A DNA stretch of 64,000 nucleotides from an uncultured Actinomycetota bacterium (GTDB lineage: Bacteria > Actinomycetota > Actinomycetes > Mycobacteriales > QHCD01): assembly GCA_963837545.1 (NCBI GenBank), contig CAWINQ010000005.1, forward strand, positions 49,525 through 113,524, given 5' to 3'. The translations under genes and the position numbers were made by a program. Each line of letters starts with the position of its first letter. The stretch's first letter is position 1. Shown piece after piece: positions 45,063 to 52,438 of this stretch. Below the pieces are notes generated by a model that made no database searches, was not told the origin of the DNA, and was given only the letters and a program-made list of their open reading frames with translations.

Positions 45063-46580
45063 TCAGCGGGCGAGTGGCGACGCCGCCAGCGGCGAACAGC
45101 CCGGCGCGTCCTCCGTGCTCTCCGCCGCGTCGAGCAGGAAGCGCGGGAACCCTCCGGCGGCCGCCGCCACCCCCTTGTCGTACAGCTTCGCCACGACCGC
45201 GGGCTCCTTCTCGGCCAGATTGACCGACCACGGGTCGCCCACGCTCCCGTCGTTCCCCCCGCGGAGGGCGTGCAGGAACGCACCCCTGCCGTTCACCTTG
45301 CTGGTGAACCACCAGTCGTCGGTGATCACCGTGAACGCCGAACCCCACCCGACGACCACGTGATCCCGGGCCGGCCGGGCGTCGCCGAAGGTCGACGGCC
45401 AGCACGAGAGACCGTCGATCGGGTCCGGGGCCGGCACCTGGGCCGCGTCGAGGATGGTTGCGGCCAGGTCGTGGTGCTGCACCCAGTCGTCGACGGTGTG
45501 CCCGGCGCCGAGCCCGGCCGGATGGCGGATCAGCAGCGGTACCTCGAGCACTTCCGGTTCGGACGGGTAGCCCCGCTTGCCGACGTAGTGCCTGCGTTCG
45601 GCGAGGCTGTGCCCGTGGTCGGAGGCGACGACGACCACGGTGTCCTCCAGCCAGCCCTGCGCGGCCAGCGCGGACATCAGGTGACCGAACCAGCGGTCGG
45701 CCATGGTGACGAGCCCCGCGTAGTTGGCCCTGGTCCGGCGGAGCAGATCGGCCGGCAGGTCGGGAACCTCGGCGTACGGCGAGATGACCTGCTCCCGCCC
45801 GTCGGAGCGGTCGTAGCGACGCCGGTAGTGCTCCGGGACGAACCACGGCTCGTGCGGGTCGAAGGACTCGACGGTGAGGAACATCCGTTCGCCGGTCCGG
45901 CGTACGTCGAGGTTCTGCTCGAGCCACCGGGCGGCGGTCGTCATCACCCGGGCGTTGAACCACTGGTCCTCGGCCACCCGGTCGCGCATGTTGGCCAGGA
46001 TCCGGCTGGAGAACCAGTCCGCGCCGTCCTTGGCCCGCCGGCCGGACCCGGCCGGGTCACGGCGGCGAAGCTCCCGCAGCTCCTCCGGGATCCAGTGGGC
46101 GATCTCCTCCTCGGTGGGCGCCGGACCGGATCGGGCCGGGTCGGTCTCCTGGCCCCGGATGAAGTCCCACTCGTCGAAACCGCGCCAGAAGTTCTTGCTC
46201 GGCTTGAACTGGTGGTAGAGGTCGGAGACCAGGCCGGTGCGGAAGTCGGCGTCGCCGAGGATCTCGGCGAGGGTGTGCTGCTCCTCGGGGATGGGCCCCC
46301 AGCCCGGCGCGGGGATGAAGTCGCCCTTGAGCTTGAAGTCACCGTTGTGGAACGGATAGGTGCGCTGCCCGGTGTAGAGGGCGCGCCGGGCAGGCAGGGT
46401 CGGTAGCGACTCCGGGTAGGCCCGGGTGTAGCGCACCGACTCGGCGGCGAAGGCGTCGAGATTCGGCGTCGCGATCGGCGGGAAGTCCTCTCCCCACGGC
46501 GGAGTGAGCCCGTAACAGCCGAGGGCGTCCTTGCGCAGCGTGTCGAAGACGACGAGGACGACGTTGTATCGATCGCTCAC
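45063..46580 (-). CDS. Sulfatase-family (alkaline-phosphatase superfamily) hydrolase with Thr in place of the formylglycine Cys.
   Basis: The VVFDTLRKDALGCYG metal-site motif is present. The CxPxR position reads T-L-P-A-R (ESLPTLPARRALYTG). Confidence 0.65.
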   Translation of the reverse strand: MSDRYNVVLVVFDTLRKDALGCYGLTPPWGEDFPPIATPNLDAFAAESVRYTRAYPESLPTLPARRALYTGQRTYPFHNGDFKLKGDFIPAPGWGPIPEEQHTLAEILGDADFRTGLVSDLYHQFKPSKNFWRGFDEWDFIRGQETDPARSGPAPTEEEIAHWIPEELRELRRRDPAGSGRRAKDGADWFSSRILANMRDRVAEDQWFNARVMTTAARWLEQNLDVRRTGERMFLTVESFDPHEPWFVPEHYRRRYDRSDGREQVISPYAEVPDLPADLLRRTRANYAGLVTMADRWFGHLMSALAAQGWLEDTVVVVASDHGHSLAERRHYVGKRGYPSEPEVLEVPLLIRHPAGLGAGHTVDDWVQHHDLAATILDAAQVPAPDPIDGLSCWPSTFGDARPARDHVVVGWGSAFTVITDDWWFTSKVNGRGAFLHALRGGNDGSVGDPWSVNLAEKEPAVVAKLYDKGVAAAAGGFPRFLLDAAESTEDAPGCSPLAASPLAR

Positions 46581-46611
46581 GGTGCGACCTTAGCGGCGCC
46601 CACCCGATCGG

Positions 46612-49218
46612 TCAGTCCCGGCCGACCACCAGCGGGGCCCCGGGCGCGACGACGAGGTCGGGCTCGAAGAACAACCGTGTCTCGTCGCCGTCCATGCCGC
46701 GGCGGTGGTCGACCTTCTCCGTGCCGACCGTGACCGACGACGACGTCCAGTCGCCGGCGACCCGCAGTTCCCGCACTCCGACGGTGCCGTGCAGGCAGGT
46801 CAGCGTCAGGCCGTGCGCGTCCGCGGACGCCGTCCCCCACCCGGTGTCGGTGAGGACCGGCACCCGCCAGTCGGCCTCGGCGCCGATCGGGTGCAGCCGC
46901 AGGCTGCGCGCCACGGCGTTCCACCGCAGGCCGGTCAGCGACTCGAGCACGGACCACCCGGCCATCGCCCGGACGTAGTGGTCGCCGCACTCGATCTCGT
47001 TGTAGGGGTTGCGCCGGGTGCCGTCGTGGCGGGCCCACAGCCCGCGCAGGATCCGCATGCCCTCGTCTTGCAGGCCTTCGTCCAGGCAGTGCGCCGCGAC
47101 CTGATATTCGACACCGCTCCACACCTCGTCGGCGTAACGCGTCGGGATGTCCGGGCGCCCGCCGGTCGGCCAGGAACAGATCAGCAGCCCGCGGTCGTCG
47201 CCGTCGGCGTAGACCCGGTAGGGGTGGTCGAAGCCGCGGAACCCCTCGCGCAGGTTGTGCCGAACGATGGACCGCAACGCCGTCCGCACGTGGTCGACCG
47301 GCAGGATGTAGCCGAGCTCGAGCTGATGGGCCCACCACTGCCCCACGAGCTGGTCGGACAGACATCCCTCGCCCCACTGGTACGCCGTGGGTTCGGCGGG
47401 GTCGAGCAGTTGCCGGTAGTACTCACCGGTCCAGGTCAGCTCGTCGTACGCCGTGCTGCCGGCCCGGAAGAGCGAGTGGTAGCCGGCCGCGGCCTCGTCG
47501 TCGCCGAGCAGCCGGGCCATCTCCTCGGCCGCCCGCAGTGCGGCGAGCCAGTAGCTGCCCATGAAGGTGTTGACGCCGCACAGGTCGATGTCGTGCGTAC
47601 TCGGCTGGATGCCGCGCAGCACGCCGGTCCGATCGGGATCCCATGTGCCGCCGATGTGGTCGAGCAGCCGCATGATCCGCGGCCACATCCGCTCCAGCCA
47701 CGGCAGACCCGCTCCGGCCCGCACCTCGCGGTAGGTCTTGAGGACGGTGCCGAGCATCCCGTCCAGCGCGGGTCCGGTGGGGCCGCCGATCGGCACGTCC
47801 CACATCTGCCGGAGGTAGACCGGCGCCACCGCCCGGTGCGGGATGTAGCCCTCCGGCGCCTGCATGATCTCCAGCTCGGTCTCCCGCATGCTGCGTTCCA
47901 GCTCGGGGAAGAGCCGCGAGACCGCCTGGGCGTAGTTCCAGACGTGCGTGCAGTTGAGGGGGCAGGAGCCGCCGTAGTCGCCGTTCCACATCGCCGTCGA
48001 CGCGCCGAGGGTGCCCTCGAAGCCGAAGAAACGCCCGTCCGCGGTGTGGAAGCAGGTAGGGCTGCGGAGCAGGGACAACTGTGCCGCCATCCGCTCGACG
48101 ACATCGTCCGGCAGCGAACTTGCCGACAGGACGCCCATCCAATCGCGGGAGCGGTCACGCAGCCGATGCCAATCCGTGCGCACCGTCTCCGCGACGTCCT
48201 CGGCGTCGGCGAAGTGGGTCGCGTAGTCGTTGCCGAGCCACAACCTGCTCCGGGAATCGGCCTGCGCCGGCCCGAACTGATCGAAGTTGACGTAGCGGTT
48301 GGGGAAGTACCAGGAGAGCACGACACGTATGGCGACCGTCTCCCCCGGGCCGAGACGGAAGGGGATCCGCAGGCCGCCGTTCCAGGTGGCGCCGGGCGCG
48401 CTCGGCCCGACCGCGGGGCGCGGGCCGCTGCGGACCGAACCGCCCCGCAGGAAGGTGGCGAAGTCGGCCGCCGTCGACCACTGCGGATACACATCCGCGT
48501 CGGTGGTGTCGGCGGACAGCACCATCTGGCCGAACCCCGGGTCGTCGTCGGCCAACGACGGGTTATCCATGAGCAGCGACGTCCACCCGCCGCGACGGCG
48601 CGCGCGGTTGACGTTCCCGCCGTACGACGCGCACCGGTTGTCGACGATCGGCGTGATCCCGTCCCAGCCGACGGCGTTCTGCAGCGTCGCGCCGAGCGAC
48701 CCGTGCAGCTCGTGGGCATCGTCGTTGCGCAGCGTGAAGGTGAACAGCGCCGCGGGCAACGCACTGGCCGCGACATCGAGCGGGACGAGCGGCGTGAACG
48801 CCTCCATGGTCACGCTCACCGGCAGGTCGTCGTCGTGGAAGTCGACCTCGCCGAAGGGATACAGGCCGCGGAACGTGGTCCGGTCGACCGGCCGCAGGAT
48901 CTGCGTCAGCTTCGTGAGCTCGGCCGGCACGACGTGGTCGGACACCAGCGGCGCGGGACCGGGCACCGGATCGACCGGTGCGGACTGCAGGAGGCGCAGC
49001 TCGTCGAGCGGCGGCTCCGGGCGGGACACCCGCAGCGCGAAGAAGCTGCCCGGCAGATAGCCGAGGTGGTTGCCGATGTTGTGCAGCTGCCACTGCCGGA
49101 GGCTGCCGTCTCCGCAGATCGCGAGCTGCCCCGTGCCGATGCCGCCGAGCGGCATCGCGAGCGCCGCCCGGCGGTCCCCGTCGTACGCCATCGACCGGCC
49201 GGCATGTTCAGCAGTCAT
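46612..49218 (-). CDS. GH116-family glycoside hydrolase (GBA2-type beta-glucosidase / glucosylceramidase-like), N-terminal beta-sandwich plus (alpha/alpha)6 domain.
   Basis: About 868 aa. Start placed at MTAEHAG. Pattern LPLGGIGTG...GDYGGSCPLNCTHVWNY. Confidence 0.65.
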   Translation of the reverse strand: MTAEHAGRSMAYDGDRRAALAMPLGGIGTGQLAICGDGSLRQWQLHNIGNHLGYLPGSFFALRVSRPEPPLDELRLLQSAPVDPVPGPAPLVSDHVVPAELTKLTQILRPVDRTTFRGLYPFGEVDFHDDDLPVSVTMEAFTPLVPLDVAASALPAALFTFTLRNDDAHELHGSLGATLQNAVGWDGITPIVDNRCASYGGNVNRARRRGGWTSLLMDNPSLADDDPGFGQMVLSADTTDADVYPQWSTAADFATFLRGGSVRSGPRPAVGPSAPGATWNGGLRIPFRLGPGETVAIRVVLSWYFPNRYVNFDQFGPAQADSRSRLWLGNDYATHFADAEDVAETVRTDWHRLRDRSRDWMGVLSASSLPDDVVERMAAQLSLLRSPTCFHTADGRFFGFEGTLGASTAMWNGDYGGSCPLNCTHVWNYAQAVSRLFPELERSMRETELEIMQAPEGYIPHRAVAPVYLRQMWDVPIGGPTGPALDGMLGTVLKTYREVRAGAGLPWLERMWPRIMRLLDHIGGTWDPDRTGVLRGIQPSTHDIDLCGVNTFMGSYWLAALRAAEEMARLLGDDEAAAGYHSLFRAGSTAYDELTWTGEYYRQLLDPAEPTAYQWGEGCLSDQLVGQWWAHQLELGYILPVDHVRTALRSIVRHNLREGFRGFDHPYRVYADGDDRGLLICSWPTGGRPDIPTRYADEVWSGVEYQVAAHCLDEGLQDEGMRILRGLWARHDGTRRNPYNEIECGDHYVRAMAGWSVLESLTGLRWNAVARSLRLHPIGAEADWRVPVLTDTGWGTASADAHGLTLTCLHGTVGVRELRVAGDWTSSSVTVGTEKVDHRRGMDGDETRLFFEPDLVVAPGAPLVVGRD

Positions 49219-49775
49219 GTCGTCTCTCCCTCCGCGGCGTTGCGCTGAAAGGCCCGGTCGTCTCCGCGCGCGTTCCACGCATCCAGGACCGACGTCACCA
49301 CGGCCGGTGACACACCCGCGGTGGTGTCGACGTCGAGGTCGTACGGGCCGAAGGTGTGGATCAGATCGGTCTCCACGTGCGTCCGGCCCTCGCCGATGGC
49401 CCGGTCGCGCCGCGCCTTCTCCCGACGGTCGATCTCGTCCAGGTCACAGTGCACGCCGACGAGGAAGACGTCCAGGCCGGCGAGCAACTCGGCGAGGTGA
49501 TCCCGCCAGGCCGGGAACTCGATGATGTGTTCGACGATCAGGTCGTTGCGCGCCTGTGCGAGAGCCGGCAGGCACCGGTGGAATCCCTCGAAGAATCGCG
49601 GGCGGACCCGCTCCCACCAGTCGAACGGTCCGCCGTCGTTCCGCCGTTCCGGCAGCATGCCGCTGTCGACCAGGTGGTCGGACGAGACGTGCAGGAACGG
49701 TTCGGGCAACGCGCGCTGCAAGGCGGTGGCCAGGGTCGACTTCCCCGAACTGGAGGCGCCGTTGAGGAAGATCAT
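49215..49775 (-). CDS. Chloramphenicol-phosphotransferase-like (CPT) P-loop kinase family protein.
   Basis: Walker A FLNGASSSGKST. Start placed at MIFLNG. Confidence 0.6.
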   Translation of the reverse strand: MIFLNGASSSGKSTLATALQRALPEPFLHVSSDHLVDSGMLPERRNDGGPFDWWERVRPRFFEGFHRCLPALAQARNDLIVEHIIEFPAWRDHLAELLAGLDVFLVGVHCDLDEIDRREKARRDRAIGEGRTHVETDLIHTFGPYDLDVDTTAGVSPAVVTSVLDAWNARGDDRAFQRNAAEGETT

Positions 49776-49823
49776 CCGGCCGGGGCCGCGCTCCGGCGGT
49801 CGTGGCTCGCGTGGCGGCATGGC

Positions 49824-50758
49824 CTACCGGCGGTCGAGCGGCAGCGCAGCGCCGCGTACCGGCAGGAGGACGGCGTAGACCGAGGTCGTCGCACAGATGA
49901 ACAGCCGGTTGCGCTTGGGCCCCCCGAAGACGACGTTGGCGACCGTCTCGGGGATCCGGATCTTGCCGATCAGCGACCCGTCCGGGTCGTAGCAGTGCAC
50001 ACCGTCCTCGGCGCTGGTCCAGATCCGACCTTCGTCGTCCAGCCGGAACCCGTCGAAGAGACCGTTGGTGCAGGTGGCGAAGACCTTGCCGCCGGACAAC
50101 GTGCCGTCGGCATGCACGTCGAACAGGCGCATGTGGTGCGGGCCGTCGGCCTGGTGGGTGGCTCCGGTGTCGGAGATGTAGAGCTGACTCTCGTCGAGGG
50201 AGAAGGCCAGGCCGTTGGGGCGCACGAAGTCGTCCGCGACGATGCGGCACGCGCCGGTGTCGGCGTCGACGCGGTACACATGACAGGCTCCGATCTCGCT
50301 CTCCGCCTGCCACCCCTCGTAGTCGCTGTCGATGCCGTACGCCGGGTCAGTGAACCAGATCGAGCCGTCGGAATGGACGACGGCATCGTTCGGACTGTTG
50401 AACCGCTTGCCGTCGTACCGGTCGGCGATCACGGTCACCGAGCCGTCGAATTCGGTCCGGGTCACCCGCCGGTTGCCGTGTTCGCAGCTGATCAACCGGC
50501 CGACGGCGTCGATGGTGTGCCCGTTGGTGTAGCCGGCCGGTGTCCGGAAGACACCCACCTCGCCGTTCGTCTCGTCCCAGCGCATGATCCGGTCGTTGGG
50601 GATGTCGCTCCATACGAGGTAACGGCCGGCGGGGAAGTAGGCGGGACCTTCGGCCCAGCGGCATCCGTCGTACAGCTTCTCGATCCGCGCGCTGGTCTTG
50701 ATGCAGGTGCTGAACCGGTCGTCGAGAATCTCGAAGGTCGGCTCACCGGTCATGGACA
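49824..50758 (-). CDS. SMP-30 / gluconolactonase / LRE-family beta-propeller protein.
   Basis: GGAGGCAGG RBS and ATG. Repeated NDxxxDxxGxxW/F blades (FNSPNDAVVHSDGSIWFTD, RPNGLAFSLDESQLYISD). Confidence 0.7.
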
Positions 50759-50861
50759 TTCCTGCCTCCAGCCTCTGGTGATGGACGGGCCCGGCAAGCC
50801 TGGCACAGGGTCCGGCGTCGCGCGAAGCCACCGGTCGGCGGGGCGGACCCGCCCCTAGCCT

Positions 50862-52029
50862 GTGGCCATGGGTCCGGGAGCGAACGGCGGCGAGTGGGAC
50901 GTCGTGGTCGTCGGCGCGGGTCCGGCGGGCGCCTGCGCGGCGCGGTCGGCGGCCGAGGCCGGCGCCCGGACGCTGCTGATCGAACGAGCTCACCTGCCGC
51001 GCTACAAGACCTGCGGCGGCGGCCTGGTCGGGGCCAGCCTCGCGGCTCTGCCTCCCGGCGTCCGGCCGCCTACCCGCGAGCGGATCGCCGCGGTCACCTT
51101 CAGCCTCGGCGGAGGCTTGCGGCGTACCCATCAGGATCCGGCTCAGATGGTCGAGATGATCAACCGCGACGAGTTCGACGCGGCACTCACCAGCAGCGCG
51201 GTCTCGCAGGGAGTCACGCTGCTCCCGGGCACCGTGCTGCGCCAGATCGAGACCGCGGACGACCACGTCATGCTGACCACATCGGCCGGCGCGGTCACCG
51301 CGCGAGCCGTGGTGGTGCAGACGGGACCTCGGGGCGGACGGGTCGCCACGTCGGGGTGACCTGCGGACAGGTCGATCTGGGGCTCGAGGTCGAGGTCGCG
51401 GCCGACCCCGCGACCGCCGCGGCCTGGGCCGGGCGGATCCAGCTCGACTGGGGCCGCTGCCGGGCTCCTACGGGTGGGTCTTCCCCAAGGGCGATGCGCT
51501 GACGGTCGGGGTGATCTCGACCCGCGGCGATGGCGACGCGGTCCGCGACTACCTGCACCGGTTCGTGGGCCAGCTCGGGCTCGCGGACCACCGGGTGATC
51601 CGTTCATCGGGGCACCTGACCCGGTGCCGCGACGACCGCTCGCCGCTCGCACGGGGCCGGGTGCTGGTCGCCGGCGATGCGGCCGGACTGCTCGAGCCGT
51701 GGACCCGGGAGGGCATCTCTTTCGCGCTCCGGTCCGGGCGGATCGCGGGGGCCGCAGCCGCGCGCATCGCCCGAGCCGGGGACGAGCGGGTGGCCGAGCT
51801 GGGTACGACGTACGCCGCCGAGATCGACGGGAGCCTGGGCGCCGAGATGCGGGCCGGGCGCGCGATCATGGCGGCGTTCTCCCGGCGGCCCCGCGCGTTC
51901 CATGCCGCGATCGCGGCCGGCGGGCCGACGTGGCGGACGTTCATGCGGTTGACCCGCGGGGAGACCACCCTCCCGCGGGTGATGCGGCACCGCCCGGTCG
52001 CCGCGCTGGTCTCCGCCCTCGCCCGCTGA
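50862..52029 (+). pseudogene. Geranylgeranyl-reductase-family FAD-dependent oxidoreductase, disrupted by two frameshifts (about 51357 and about 51447).
   Basis: N-terminus (VVVVGAGPAGACAARSAAEAGARTLLIER...CGGGL) in frame 0. Middle (GLEVEVAADPATAAAWAGRIQLDWG) in frame 2. C-terminus (PGSYGWVFPKGDALTVGV...VLVAGDAAGLLEPWTREGI) in frame 1. Confidence 0.6.
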
Positions 52030-52073
52030 TCCCGGACCACCTCGTCGCGTGGCGTCATCGCTTCCCGCACCGC

Positions 52074-52330
52074 CGTCGGCGGCAACATCGGACGCCGTAC
52101 TCGCAAAACCGGCCGGGAAATGCGGGTAGCGGGTCCAACGTCGCCCCCGCCGGCCGGCACCCGCATCATCGTGCGCCCTACTCGCACAATCGGCCGGGAA
52201 ATGCGAGTAGCACGCACGATGTCGCCGGACTGCGGCCGCCCGACCCGTCGGCGGCAACATCGGACGCCGTATTCGCAAAACCGGCCGGGAAATGCGAGTA
52301 GCGGGTCCAACGTCGCCCCCGCCGGCCGGC
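52074..52330. repeat. Composite palindromic repeat array: B unit - A unit - B unit.
   Basis: B1 52083-52147, A 52165-52224, B2 52254-52320. The B units and their flanks (gtcggcggcaacatcggacgccgtaYtcgcaaaaccggccgggaaatgcgRgtagcgggtccaacgtcgcccccgccggccggc) are about 85-bp direct repeats. Confidence 0.85.
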
Positions 52331-52438
52331 TCCCCATTCCGCCCCTCCATTCCGCGTCAACGTGACGTTGATACGGCTAGAGCGCTTGAACGTGACGTTC
52401 ACGCGGAATGGGAGGGGCGGCGGCGGCTCGGCGGACGG

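Noticed and set aside
46705-49248. 847-aa plus-strand ORF.
   Set aside because: Antisense to the GH116 hydrolase gene. No motifs.
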